This document shows positions 13,241 through 29,800 of a stretch of DNA of 64,000 nt, piece by piece. Position numbers and translations under genes: made by a program. Position 1 is the first letter of the stretch, and each line of letters begins with the position of its first letter. The notes under the pieces were generated by a model, which saw only the letters and a program-made list of their open reading frames with translations, was not told where the DNA came from and did not search any database. This stretch comes from Dicyema japonicum (Eukaryota; Animalia; Dicyemida). The DNA lies in contig RDEW01000015.1 of the NCBI GenBank assembly GCA_011109175.1, positions 638,310-702,309 on the forward strand, given 5' to 3'.

Positions 13241-13454
13241 AAGTATTAAAGCACGTATTCGAGATGAGTACAAGAGAGACACGTCACTACCTCAACATAA
13301 AACCAAAAAACCCAAAAAAGTAAGGTTGTTAATGGTTAAATAGTAACTTTTTTGGTAGGTTGGTTAAATAAATTTATATGTTAAAAATAAAAAAAATTGA
13401 CTATTAGACTAAATTAATTTTAATTTAAATTATTCTATTGGTTGTTGTGTTCTA

Positions 13455-17206
<3,752 letters not shown>

Positions 17207-17764
17207 ACATTTCACTATGTTTTTAATTTCTTAATTTTAATTATTAATTTTATTACTCTATGCAATGCCCATACTCCCTGAATGACACTCCCTTCTTTCT
17301 GCTTGACCCGTTCTAGTAATATGCAGGGTGTCTAACACTACATGCTCTTCTCCTGTATCCTACATAAAGAGATCGAAAGCTATCCACAACCAGATTGTCG
17401 CTTGATCACAATCAGATGCTTGATTTCGTTCTCTCGTCAATCAATCCATCCGAAACAACTCTTAGAAGGGGACTAGGCTGTTCCCTCCTTCAGATTTTCT
17501 CTGAATATTTAAAGTGCAAATCGTGTGAAACTTTGTAAAAAATTCTATTTAGCTTGGTTCTCTCCACTCTAGAAGACTTATAGGAGCGTCCAGCAATCAC
17601 AGCTGGCTCCTAAGGGTAGTTTGCCCCCTACTGGTTAATGTGGCTAGGCTAATTAACTAACTTAGTCTAAGGGTCACCAAACTTCGTTAGTAGGACAGAT
17701 ATTTTTTATTCATTAAAAAAACCCAAAGACCATGAAAGAAGATATCAACTTAACTAATTAATTG

Positions 17765-17983
17765 AAAATACGTCGACCTTCCCGATAATGTCAAATTTGT
17801 TCCCCTTGCTATGGATACTTCCGGATCCTACTCCCCCTCTACACTCGAGTTTTTCGGACGTCTTGGAAACCGGATCACCTCATGCACTGGAGATCTCCGC
17901 GAACGCCGCTGGCTGTTTGAGCGAATTTCGCTCGCAATTCTGAGAGGGAAAAGCACGCAGTGAGGGCGGCAATTAACTAACTT
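17765..17983 (+). mobile_element. 5'-truncated CRE-like 3' end
   Basis: Close reverse-complement match to 35985-36200 (KYVDLP..VKFVPLAM.TSGSYSPSTLE...ERISLAILRG). Confidence 0.85.
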
Positions 17984-18399
17984 ATGTTTTGTCCTTAAAT
18001 TTTAACATTTAAAATTGCAAAAAAAATTGAAATTTTGCCTTTGATATGGACAGACGAACCGAGTTCCTCATAGACGCGGAGAATTCCAAATCCACGATTA
18101 CGGGTCGTAGCTTCCGTGAGTAGGGAGTGACTGATGATCCAGTTTGAGGGCCCGGCATAAGAATGGTTGTTCGGTAATTGAGTTGAGTTTGTAGAGCATA
18201 GTCTCCGTTAGAGTGAATCTCCACTCAACAGAGGCATGTAAGAAGGACAAATGTCTCTTCTATGTTTGATAGACATTTTGGTGAAATTAAGTTAGATTTC
18301 AGCAGAAGATTATTATCAAGCTCTCTCACCTTGCTATGGTAATGACAAAGCATGTGCAACTCGATAAGCTAGCAACAAGGTCATCTCCTCCACTTACTC

Positions 18400-18620
18400 C
18401 TGTCATACGTAATTTCACATAGTCCATCCAGATCCTCTCTTTTAGGTGTTTCCCAATCATTTGGAGGTCTTCTTCGAGAACCATTGAAACGATGGTCTTT
18501 GGTCGTCCAGGCAATCATGGAACGTCAGAGGCGAAGAAGTGATCCATGGCCACGTTAGCTGGGGCATTCAGGTCCATTCTTAGAATGTTTCCAAAAAGCA
18601 GGGTAGACGACTGTTTTACT
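18400..18620 (-). mobile_element. RTE-like LINE 3' fragment
   Basis: LFGNILRMDLNAPANVAMDHFF...GRPKT, compare LFGHVLRMNPDAPANKAMEDYF...GRPRS in the 31927 element. Confidence 0.75.
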
Positions 18621-18881
18621 TGATTTCACAATGGTGGTCAAATATCCATTCCTGTCACTCTACAAGGTCAATACTCCAGCCTTTATAATTTTAATCGTGG
18701 AGTAAATTTGTATGGGAGAGATGCATCTCCATGACTAGCGAGTGTGGAGTTGATTATGTAAATGATAAATTTGTCTACAATCCGACGTTGCACTTTATTT
18801 GCATAATAAATGCGTAAAACGGTATTTTGACAGTCACGTTGAATATTTTTGATTTAAATATCAAAATAAGTTTGGTTTCTG

Positions 18882-19256
18882 ATGAAAGTTGGTCATAATA
18901 GCTGGTTTTCAGAAATTCAAGGCTCATTTTTGCCGAATGAATTTAACAAGAATTTACTCATGGATACCTCAGATATTCAGCTTCCTCCGTTGATTTCTTA
19001 TTTCACCGATTTCGACGCCCCAACTGTTGATTCTCTGTCAGTTGAAGAGATACTCCCAAACAAAGCGGATCATTTCAATACTGATAGATTTGACAAATAT
19101 GATGAGTGCCCCTTGAAGTTATTTGATTCGCTAATTTCTAAAACAATCGATTGTAGCCGAAAGAACCGAAAAGGAGGCAAAAGTTCACTCAAACTACAAG
19201 AACAGCAATGGGCTAGAGAAAGAGAAATTATCATGAAATTGTTTCCCAGTGATTGA
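18882..19256 (+). CDS. Orphan single-exon ORF, 124 aa, unknown function
   Basis: Clean ATG-to-TGA ORF between AT-rich flanks with AATAAA about 17 nt after the stop; no motif recognised. Confidence 0.4.
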   Translation: MKVGHNSWFSEIQGSFLPNEFNKNLLMDTSDIQLPPLISYFTDFDAPTVDSLSVEEILPNKADHFNTDRFDKYDECPLKLFDSLISKTIDCSRKNRKGGKSSLKLQEQQWAREREIIMKLFPSD

Positions 19257-20076
19257 CGTGTTTTTTGGTTAAAATAAATAACAGTTTTTTATTTGAATCT
19301 TCTTTATTCCGAATTTATGAGTAAATTTTTAAGAAAAGATTAGAACATTTTATAAATACTCACCAGAGGTTCATCGGTCCCCCAGTTTAAAATGGTAGAG
19401 CTACAATGTATTTCTTGTTAAATCACTATAAAAGCCAAATTGGAGAGACGTCAATGATCCACCTCTCCAAAGTGACGTCCAGTCTCATGATGGCACAAAC
19501 AGGAATCATTTGATCTCCCCCGGTCTAAAAATCATTTTATGGTAAAGCTGATGGGGATAGAATGTCTAAGGCCCTATTTCCTCTGTCAGTTCTAGCGACT
19601 TCAGACTGGATGAAGGATTGTTGAATCATGGATATATCCTAACTGCTGTTGAGATCTCAGGATGTCGTTGAGTAGCTCGGAAAAGAATAATCTGTCTATG
19701 AGATGTTCATATAGGTTGCTGCACATAAAAAATTAGACAAAGTGAATTTTGTGGTAAAAAAACAAGTGTTGACAAGTTATGAGAAGTCTTTTATTGCCTT
19801 GTTAAAAAAATGACTCTGTGGTCATTCTGAAACGCAGAAACATGGTATTCTCAACAATGTTTCCATCTCATTAAAGACCTACATTTGGTGACATATCAAA
19901 GATCTCATGAATCTCTGTAATTCTCATTAAAGAAACGAGCAGAGACGATTTTTTTACATTTATTAGAATATTTTTTTAATCTTAAACTACAAGATTTAAT
20001 CCACGTGTTTTACGGCCTTTTAGAGACTCTTTGCTTCTATCTTTTATCAATTTTACATTTTTGTGCTTTTGGCTGA

Positions 20077-20830
20077 ACGTCTAACGTCATCGGATCTGAC
20101 TGTCGTGGGTCCGAATCCGAAAGATGGACCTTTTCAGCGAAGGTCAATTCTTGTCAACCAGATCCCACCCATGAGGCGATGAGTCTTTCTGGCACAGTTG
20201 TTGAAAGGGGTGTTTTTACCTTCTCTCTGACCAACTCCACTAATGAAGATTACCATAATGTCCGCGATGGTAGTACTTGTGATGAAAATGGAAGACAGCA
20301 GACCTACTTCTCCACCTCTCTTCGGAAGTGGAAGCCTTTAATGGACTATTGGAGGATGGATTTGGCCGTTACAACCAGACTTTGGTCAGAACTTCGAGTC
20401 TCCGATGTCTTCCGAGTCCATTACCTCGTTCATGACCACAAGAAGATGGTAGGTAAGCTTTTCATCCATAATGAGGCAAATGGACAATTATTACAATAGA
20501 GGTACTTCACCACCTTAATTAACCACTCTGTTGACATTTTCTTGTGAACTTTGGACAATGAAAGAATGTTGACATGAAGGCCATCAAAATAAGTATTATT
20601 TTTAGTATTAAGGCCCTTCAATTTTTGTCACAGTCGTCGATTTCGTTTACTTTGGGAATCTTCTATTTTTATCCTTTGGAATCCTTTAGGAATCCACACG
20701 GTCCTTTAAATCTAGAAAAACTTATAGATTTTTGTGCAAAATTTATTTGGAAGTTGTAAAGATGACTTTAATAAAATATAATGGAGACCAAATGTTTAAA
20801 ATAATAAAAGCACTGAAGGAATACGTAGTC
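20077..20830 (+). pseudogene. Copy A of an unidentified dispersed, degenerate coding family
   Basis: Homologous to 37425-38095 (minus) and 52198-52468 (plus); differences between copies are enriched at third codon positions. Confidence 0.55.
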
Positions 20831-21160
20831 GATTGATCGGGAGGTTGAAGTGTGATGTAGCCATTAACTCCCTCTGCCTCATTTGATCGTAGAATGTGGT
20901 GGTTCCTTCTTTTAAAGAAAACTGGAAACGGTAGCTTTCCGACGTCCTTTGGTCTCTACCAAACAAACTATTCGGTAATTGCTTAGTAAAAAAAGTTACG
21001 TCTGTTCGCTACAAATTTAGGCAGTTTCTTCACGAGCAGTGACCGGTCCCCCATTTACTACCTTTGAAGAGACATATTTAAGCGATTTATTGACAAATTA
21101 AATAAATTAATCGAAAGCATCAAATTGTAAGTATATAACAAATTTAATATTACAGAAGAA

Positions 21161-22500
21161 ATGATCATTTTCTTTATAACCCCGCTGATTTTAGGGGGAT
21201 GCGACTGCAAAAGCTATGAGGACTATTTATATGATGATATTATTAACAAAAAATTGATGCCAGACGCTCGTCCTGGACTAGATCATTCGATTCCCTTGGA
21301 AGTCGAAGTGGGATTTATCCTGAAAGAGATCATGAATGTTGATATGAAGAACCAAATTATTGCTCTCACTCTCAAAATTCGCCAGGTGAATTGATTTTTG
21401 ATGGTTAGAAGTGGAATGACCCCAATCTTCAATGGAATTACTCTCAATTTGGTGGGATAAAAAATATTTTTTTGCCGACGTCGGAAGTGTGGAATCCTGA
21501 TATTGTCCTCTATGACAAGTTAAGTGTAAGGATAACTCCACAGTTCTGAGGGAAAGTTTCAGATGGATTTGTCAACAAAGTTAAAGGTAAAATATGACGG
21601 AACCGTTACTTGGGAGCCGACTATGATCTACAAGAGCTTCTGTGATATAAACGTGGCTAAATTCCCGTTTGATGAACAAGAATGTAGTCTGAAGTTTAGT
21701 TCGTGGACATATGACGGAACAAAGCTGATCCTGAATCAGTCGTTAAGAAACACCAGGATAGATCTTACTGAATACATTGAGAGCGATGAGTGGGAGCTTA
21801 TCGAGACAAATCTCTATAAGCACACAAAGTACTACCACTGTTGTGTTGAGCCATACATTGACATCACAGTTTACCTGACAATTCGTAGAAAACCGTTGTT
21901 TTACGTAATCGAATTCATAATTCCGTGCTGCATAATAGGATCCTTGAGTGTCTTCATTTTTTTGCTTCCTGCAAAGAGTGCTGAACGAATCACCCTCAGT
22001 ATTTCAGTTTTAATAGTTGTCACCTTGTACGTCTTATTTCTCTATGAATATATACCACCAACCTCCGTCGTTATCTCCATGGGTTCCTCCTATATTCTGT
22101 TTATCATGTTTTTGGTGACAATGTCGATAATTTGCACGGTGTTTGTGATAAACGTCAATGAAAGGGTAAAAGGAACTCACAAGATTACAAAAACAACCAG
22201 AAAAATAATATTTCAAATCATCCCCCGTATACTATTCATGGAAACTCACAGAAGTGAATTGAAAGAAATACAAATGAAGAAATTTAGTGCTCAGTGCTTG
22301 GCGAATAACAGTTTGTTAGAGTCCGTACTAGAAATAACGGATTTATTCCAAAACAAACAAGAGGACGAAGAGGTAAACCAAATAAGCTATTTCTAGATTG
22401 ACGAACAGTGGAATGAAGCATCCGCGATTTTAGATAGGCTGTTCTTTGTTTTGTTTTTCTAACATATTCCATTGGGACATACTTTATACTGATCTACTGA
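21161..22500 (+). CDS. Nicotinic acetylcholine receptor alpha-type subunit, 4 coding exons, about 422 aa
   Basis: Signal-like N-terminus, WNPDIVLYDN, Cys-loop CDINVAKFPFDEQEC, loop B WTY, vicinal Cys loop C YYHCCVEPY, M1-M3, then DRLF and M4. Introns at 21386-21408 (23 nt), 21519-21543 (25) and 22373-22396 (24), at positions typical of nAChR genes. A full M4 needs +1 T in the T5 run at 22454-22458. Candidate 29-nt 5'-UTR intron at 21127-21155. Confidence 0.93.
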
Positions 22501-24304
22501 TTTACGCTTATTAACCATTAAACCTTTATGTTGTCACTTGTGATTGGTTGTTGGTTCGGTTCCCACCCCCTACCACCTAGTCGAAGGAGTTCCCATTTTC
22601 TAGGCCTTTTTTGATTCCTATGAGGCGTTATATAATCTATCTGTCTCAGGAGACGCCTATGTCTGGCGGTATTCAAAAAGATCGTACCTTAAATTAAATT
22701 GATTGGACCAGAAAACAACCGTCATAAGCAGAATGAAAAAATCCAGGTGATACCGGCCTCCCTCAGCAATCATTGCATGTTCGGACTTGAAGGAAGTACG
22801 TTCAGGGGGAACTCTATGGATGGTTGTTGACCAATGGTCCTTTTTATATAATTTAGAATTATACCTCGCGCCACCAGAACTGGTGAACCACATGACGCAC
22901 GCTAATAATTCAAGCCTCCAGAGCCAAAGGGAAGAGGAACAGAAGAAACAAAATCTTCAAATTGGCACATCACATACGTGGCATTCTAGGCCTTAATTAG
23001 ACGTTAACCTCTTTCTTGTATTTCTGGGATTATAATTTAATCTCAATTAGACTGATTAACTTGTAACATTTTTTGCTATATTTTTACCCCTTCCGCCAAG
23101 GAGTAGTAATATTTCCATTACTAAAACTTCCGCTTAGTTAAGAACACATCCGCGTTACCCATAAACGTATGAATACTTAGGGTTCCGCTTGTTCCGTGCT
23201 CTTCACTATCCGTTCTACCAGTTTCTCCATGCAACTTTTTTCCTCACTCTCTTCCGCAGTTCATTTAGGTATCAGCCGTTCCAATATGAACATAATCTTT
23301 TCCCAGAGAGACAGAAAGCGTAGTTCTCTGTCGTCCGCGAAAGCCCCCAGTTACATTTTAATTGGAAAAATCTTCCATGAGTAACATCTAAAGACTTCAG
23401 AGACGTATTGACGTTTGCCCTGATGATCTTCATTATCGATTACTTACTTCGGTGATAATAGCTGAGCCTGTAGTCCTACTTCAGTTGTGTATTTCTTCAA
23501 TTATTTCAATGGGAAGGTCTTATGGATTCATGTACTAAAAACTGACAGGACACCACTTATCACTCCACGACCAATTAACCCATCTTATAAACCTCTAGTT
23601 GGTTGCATAAGAGGATGCGTCAAGGCCCGCACTCCCGATGGCTCTTTTGAGCACAGTAGATATTTCGATCTACTTCCAAGCGTCTCAATTACTTCTCGTG
23701 AACTTGGTAACTATTTCATCAAATTTTATCAGATATGAAATAACGTGGACTTTGTGCATTATCAAAAGTACTTCCGTTTCTTTATCACCTCTACTGCTTG
23801 GAAATACCCTGCAAGTAATCTCCACATATATGGTGGTTAAATCTTGATTTCTCCCATTTTTAACTTAAATTTACTAAGAAAATCGATTTAAGTAAACAAT
23901 TTAAAATATTAGATAAATGTTTGCATAATCTATTGATATAAGGTGATCTTGTTGAAGTGGGTTTTTGAGACCGAGAGAGATTAGTACAATTAAAAATGAA
24001 CGACTAGACCTATTCTAAGGAAAGATTTATTTTTCATATTCAAAAGTTATCGAAATTTGCAATTTTTGAATTTTCATCAAAGTCAACAATATTTTTTAAA
24101 ACTAGGACATTTAAATACATTATTTAAATTTTAAAATTATATTAAATATTCAATTTAAATATAAATAATGTAATTAAAAAATAAATTAATTTAAATTTAA
24201 ATTTAGCAGACATTAAACAAGTTGTTATTTTGTGATGCCTATTATTAATTAAGCTAAATGTCGTAAATGTTTAAATTCTAGTCAATATTATATTTTTACT
24301 TTTA

Positions 24305-24857
24305 GTGGAGAGAAAGAATAGCAAGTCATTCCAACTGGGGATCCGCATACAGAAAAAAATGGCTTCAAAAATTGGCCAACTCCCGAAAAATGACTGATAA
24401 TTTTATTGACAAGGACACGGCAGAATTACTGGATTCGACGAGCTCTTTGTTTGCTTATTCTTACGACTCGAAATTTGCCGATTCTCTGCTCAAGGACTTG
24501 ATGAAACTGATTATTAAAATCGGGATCATATACAGGTCTGATCTTCTGAGTGAATCCGACTATGATGCTTTGGAACTTTGCCGAATAAACATCGATAAGA
24601 CTGTGAAGACCTGCTCAGGATTTCTTTCGATTGACTATACTTATAATTACGAGTTCCTAGTAGATCTTTTCCAGGAGATCGAGGGAAGTTTTTCTTGCAT
24701 AATTGAACGTCATTTGTCCAAGAAAAGCAAGGAAAAGTTAACCAAAGTATTCAATTCCCTGAAGCAAGAAAAATTCCTCGATAAATGTTTTGATCATTCT
24801 GAGAAGACCAGGGAGCTGTTTGTAGATGTTGTAGCCAAAATAAAAAAATTGATTTAA
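24305..24857 (+). CDS. TNFAIP8: TNFAIP8/TIPE-family protein; start codon unresolved
   Basis: FIDKDTAELLD...KDLMKLIIKIGIIYR...DYTYN...HLSKKSKEKLTKVF matches TIPE proteins. The conserved N-terminal SFQLGIRIQKK (compare invertebrate IGLRAQKK) lies in another frame at 24305-24358, so one base appears to be extra near 24353-24362. Confidence 0.85.
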
Positions 24858-24922
24858 TTTTTTCTTACTTAAAAAAGATTTGTTAATTACTTGCCATAAA
24901 GCAGCGAATAGTCATAATCCTT

Positions 24923-25197
24923 TATGTGGTCTCCCATTCTGCTGTGGTGGTTCATGCCATAATCTGTCACATGGATGGTCTCCATTCTGCTGTGGTGGTC
25001 ACTGCTATAACCTGTCACATGGATGGTCTCCATTCTGCTGTGGTGGTCACTGCTATAACCTGTCACATGGATGGTCTCCATTCTCCTGTGGCGGTCAATG
25101 CCATTATCTCTCACATGAATAGTCTCCCATTCTGATGTAGTCGCAAGTTCAATAATCTGTTACATGGTCTCCCAATCTGCTGTGGTGGTCACTGTTG
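24923..25197. repeat. Tandem repeat, 45-48 bp unit, about 5.5 copies
   Basis: Unit ATGGTCTCCATTCTGCTGTGGTGGTCACTGCTATAACCTGTCACATGG; units 2 and 3 are identical and the outer units diverge. Confidence 0.92.
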
Positions 25198-25339
25198 ACT
25201 ATTTAATTATTATTCGGAAATGATTTGTTTTGCATCATCATAACCCAATTGATTTAATGAGATAATAGTTCTGAGAGTTAATGAGGTTTATAGCCTAGTT
25301 TAAGGTTTGCTTTGAAATTTACTTGGTTCTAGTCAAATT

Positions 25340-25430
25340 CGGTTATCAACCCAAGCTTCAAGGGGGACATAATTACTATAGAACTGGGCATTACTCACCA
25401 AGAACGTTTGCAAACAGCTGAACTGTGCTC
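25340..25430 (+). mobile_element. R4/Dong-like RLE fragment
   Basis: IITIELGITHQERLQTAE, compare VTLIEVGITSQDRLKQV at about 58260. Confidence 0.45.
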
Positions 25431-25759
25431 AAGAGAACCCTTGGGGGCATGCCCTTTGACGCACGTCATACAAATTCTCTTGTGCATTTTACGTCAAGGC
25501 GATAATAGTAGGGTCGAACAAAATCTTCGTTGGGGGTGGAAGCGAAAATAAGTGAAAAAAATGAGTTAGTATGGATAGTCTTTTATTTTCAATAATAAAG
25601 GTTTTAAGGTAAATTGAGCCTATAAATAGAATCAAAATATTATATATCTAAAATTACCCTTTACGTTATACTTGAGTGGTGTCATGTGATTTAGACCACA
25701 ATAAAGACTGGGGATAAGGCTGGTGATGAGTACAATTTTATTTATTTTTTATTTAATAA

Positions 25760-26000
25760 CCCCGAGAAGAGAACACCAGCTGAATCCATATAAGGAGCAG
25801 CATCTGAAATGAGTAAATATAATTCCTTCTTTCAACATTAACTTTGGTAATAACATCACCAATATATAAATCAATTGGAATACAATCAATTACATTTATG
25901 AGGATCTTTAATGTTCCAACGAGACAATTAACATATTTATCTCTACCTACGTCAGTTTCGTCGATCATTAATATAATGTACCCATTTGAAATTGTTTCAA
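25760..26000 (-). mobile_element. hAT-related (CGGBP-like) transposase relic
   Basis: IDETDVGRDKYVNCLVGTL followed, in a shifted frame, by LLISDAAPYM. Confidence 0.55.
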
Positions 26001-26349
26001 TACTTTTTCAAACGTTCAGTGAAAAACTTTAAATATCACGGCATTTGGGATCCAAATGGTGGGTACTATACTGCACCAGTTACCATAGTTTTTGTCTTGT
26101 GCAATGTCAATGACGTTTCTAGACAAAATTTAAAATCTTTTTTTTTCCTCCGAAAAGGGGGACCGATGTCAAATTTTCCCATATCTGTCCCTTGCAACGT
26201 CAGTTTCACAGTGATTTAGAGTGATAAGTAAGGAAATTCGTTCCTAGCACTTAAAAAAATTTATTAGCCCTAAAAATTATTGAATCTAGCAGTTATTAGA
26301 AAAATTGCCTAGGGGTACTATAATTGTCCAAAATGAGAATAAGAGGGAT

Positions 26350-26640
26350 GACTGAATTCAGCCGGATAACGGCATCGAGCGGGGTCGGCATCCATACAGT
26401 ATGCGCAGTCCTATTTGTAAAGAGATCTCGCAGTCAATTTTGACATTCGGACACATCCGAGATGGAAAAATCTCGCGCAAAATGTGCAATTCAACCCGTA
26501 CTTCATCACGTTGCAAAATCCACAAGACACACACTGCTCTTTCGATCTCGCAGTCAAAAGTAGTAATTCTTCGAATGCAACGTGATCCATAGCTGGGCAG
26601 TGAGCAGAGTCTGACTTAACCTGATTAGTTTTCTGCATTT
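26350..26640 (-). mobile_element. 5' (PHD-finger) fragment of a second CRE-like element
   Basis: CVSCGFCNVMKYGLNCTFCARFFHLGC...*DCAYC is homologous to the N-terminal PHD of the 26881-29955 element. Confidence 0.75.
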
Positions 26641-26764
26641 TCTGTCTGATTTTTCTTTCTTTTTCACTTCTTTCTTCTTAGCACCACAACGAGTAGCCGA
26701 TAAGAATAATTAAAATGAAAACAGGAAATTTGATATTTTTAAGATGGTTAATTTAAAAGAATAA

Positions 26765-26847
26765 GCATTGGTGGCCGAGCGGTTAAGGCGGCAGCCTAGA
26801 AAGCTGCTGGGGTTCGCCCCGCGCAGGTTCGAATCCTGCCCAATGCG
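26765..26847 (+). tRNA. tRNA-Ser (anticodon AGA)
   Basis: Acceptor stem GCATTGG/CCAATGC with discriminator G, D arm GCCGAGCGGTTAAGGC, anticodon arm GCAGC-CTAGAAA-GCTGC, long variable arm GGGG-TTCG-CCCC, T arm with GGTTCGAATCC; followed by oligo-T terminators. Confidence 0.96.
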
Positions 26848-26880
26848 TTTTTATATTTTTTTGAACCAATGAATGAATTT

Positions 26881-29800
26881 TTTTTTTTTTTTTAGAAACA
26901 AAAATTTATTAACAATAAAATATTATTTATTAACTATGGGGAGAGCGGCTGCTGACATCACGGAGTAAGCGTTTCCGCGAATAACAGCGATACCAATTCT
27001 TTGCCTCAGCCAGACCGCTTCCCGCACGTCTTTCTTGCGGTGGGCCAATTTTCCCCCGATTTCCTTTAGGAAAGAGGCTGTAATACTTCCAGCCGCACCA
27101 GACGTCTCGATTGCTATCGGTACAAAACGGTAGCGGTCTCCAATTTCGCCATATTTTTTAATCTTGATTTTTCGGCCAGATCGGATGCCGATCCAGCAGA
27201 CTGCGCCGAGCTGAGCATCATCGAGTTCGAGAAAGAATCCACAACAGTGCAGTCCCATACGAGCGATTTTCCCTCAGTGAACGGAAAGACAGTTAACCCA
27301 TCCGGTCTTTTCCCATCTCCGCGGTCCAATCCCACAGGTTCCAATACTGCCGGGAAGCCTGCCGCTTCAAGAGCTCGCAAGACAATGTTGTTCATAGCAG
27401 CATGGCGGGGTGCTCTGCCCGCACTCCTTTTGCACGAGAGCGGGTGCAGCCCTTTGGCATCGACGATCCCTCCACAGCGACATTGGTGTTCGACGCAAAC
27501 ATCAGCTCCCAGGCGTTGTGCGATTCCAATCCGAATACAGTCATCGTCCAATAGGGTCCCCAGGGAGGAAGACGGGAGTGCATCCAGCCACGCTCCGCTC
27601 CCATGGTTGGCGGCGGACACGAGGCATGCAAGACGATGCTGGTTGGCCTCAGACTTTAGCACGTCGAAGATATTCTTGGAGTAAATATCATCCCAGTCAC
27701 GTTGCCTCGAAGGATCGTTCGGCATATCCAAACCAGTTTCACACCATTCGCAACGAGCTTCGTCGAAGACTTTTTCCCAAGAGAGTCCGGTTGTAATACG
27801 TAGGATTTCTTGGACCAAAAGGCTTCCACTTGAGAGCGATGACACATATGCTGGATAGGCGATCTCCAGCGCCGACCTGAGACCCGTTCCACCGAGGCGT
27901 GTAGGAAGCTTGCATTGGTTCCAACTCGGCGCATCAAACTGGATGTTTAGAAGTAATTCAGCCGATTTTCTCAATGTCCTATCCAGTGACAGGAGGATGT
28001 CACGATGTTTGAAGCAGGGAGAACATCGGAGAGCATATAGGAGTTTGGGCAAGCCGATGCTATTCTTCAAAAGGAAAAAGCTGTATGACCATCGAGTAAG
28101 GAAAGTTTATCCGTGACTCTGGAGAGTTCATCCTCTTTTGTTTGTAGATGGCTCCGCAGTTCCTTTTCGTCAAGTGGGCACCCAAGAAAGTATGTCCGCT
28201 CCTTGGGTACGACAGTAATTCCAGGTAATACCGAGTTGAAAGACTCGACCACGTTGATGAAATCACTCTCCGAGTATGAGATATTTATTAGCTCCGATTT
28301 CTTTATGTTTATCTCAAGTCCGAGGTTTCGTAGTGCTGGCACGGCATGTGACAGAACGTCGTGTACTTTTCTCCACGGCCCTCCAATTGTGGCGTCATCA
28401 AGATACCAAAGGTTAAGTTGTGTGTTTATAGAGCGGACAATTTCATCGATGGCCAGAGCGAAGAGTAGTGGACCAAGTGGGTCTCCTTGTTGAACTCCGG
28501 TCTCCGAACAGATAATCTTGTCCCCGAAAACCAGTGAAGAATTTGTTCCGTAAGCGAGGAAGACAAGTGGAATAAGTTCCGGGGCTCGTTTGCTTGTAGT
28601 TTCGAAAATTTGATCCCTCCTCAATGAATTGAAGGCATTGCAGATGTCCAGCTTGACCCCAATGTGTGGGTTTTGTTCGTCATTCTGTCCAAAAAAACAC
28701 CTCGCAGCATGCACTGCCGCCTCGCATCCGTTCCTTACACCAACCCCCAGTTGGAGGGGGAAAATTCTTCAGATATTCTCGGAGAGACAATGCTGCATGC
28801 AATTTTCGCTGTCAATCTTCTGAAATAGTTGCCGACTGCGATGGGGCGGACCCCACCTTCAGGTTTTTTGAAGGCCAATAAATGTGCACTGAAAAGGAGC
28901 TCCCTTGCGTGGGGAGGAATATCTCCGTTCAAAATACGCATAACCAGTTTTGTAATTGATTTGACAAGGTTGCAGCCAGCTTCTGCAGTAGCCTCCGCCG
29001 TAAGATCTTTGATGTGACCCGGCCGCAAGCCATCGATGCCTCCACTGCTACTCGCCGCAAAGGACGAAATGCCGCGTCGCACTTCGCCTTCGGTGACGGT
29101 CATCCTTGACAAATTTCCCGGAAGCACGAATGGGCGGTAATCTTCCGGAGCACATGGATGTTTATGTCTGAGTAGTTCTAGCACCTCAGGTGTCGCAGCC
29201 ATAACAGTTTCGTCGCTGGCGACGACGCGCAACGCCGCTCGGACGTCGCCTTCGAATAGTTTGCGGTTCACTCTCTCTTTAAGTTTTTCCGGGCCATTCA
29301 AATAAACAGAAGGATTGGAATCAGAATGTCTTGATTTCTTGACTTCCGTCTTGGTGAGAGAATGCACATAGAAAACCTGGATGTTCTTCTTCATTTTTGA
29401 GGAAAGGGAGTTTCCAAGTGTCGTGCTTTCCTCTGAATTCCTTTGATCTCCCTTTGAGTCGATAAATGGAATTCCAAGGGCCATCGGAGCAAAACTGAGG
29501 AGTTTTAGCCAGGCCTCCAGGTCGTCGGAAGTGAGAGCATTGTCAATTGCAGAGGCCAGACATGTAGCCGCGGGGATCCGGACGGGTCTTGGGATCCTGA
29601 TTGGGATCTTCATGGCTTTCCTTAGATCCGACAAGAAGAGCAAGAGGTTGTCCATATTATTGAAGTCTAGAGGCTCGTTTGGTTCAACGTGCTCGTTTGG
29701 AATGATCCTCTGGGTTTTCCGACCAGTTCCCATGCAGACACTGCAGTTCCAAAGGCAGAGCGAGCACGCAGCCCGCTGAGACATCTTTATGCATCCAAGG

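Noticed and set aside
23000-23900. Possible spliced gene divergent from TNFAIP8
   Set aside because: Open stretches and one intron-like segment exist, but no consistent exon chain or homology was found.
24923-25197. CRISPR-like array
   Set aside because: Units are contiguous with no unique spacers, the context is eukaryotic and no cas genes are present.
25375-25400. GTGAGT...TAG 23-nt intron-like segment on the minus strand
   Set aside because: Flanking frames close quickly and the plus strand is explained by an R4-like fragment.
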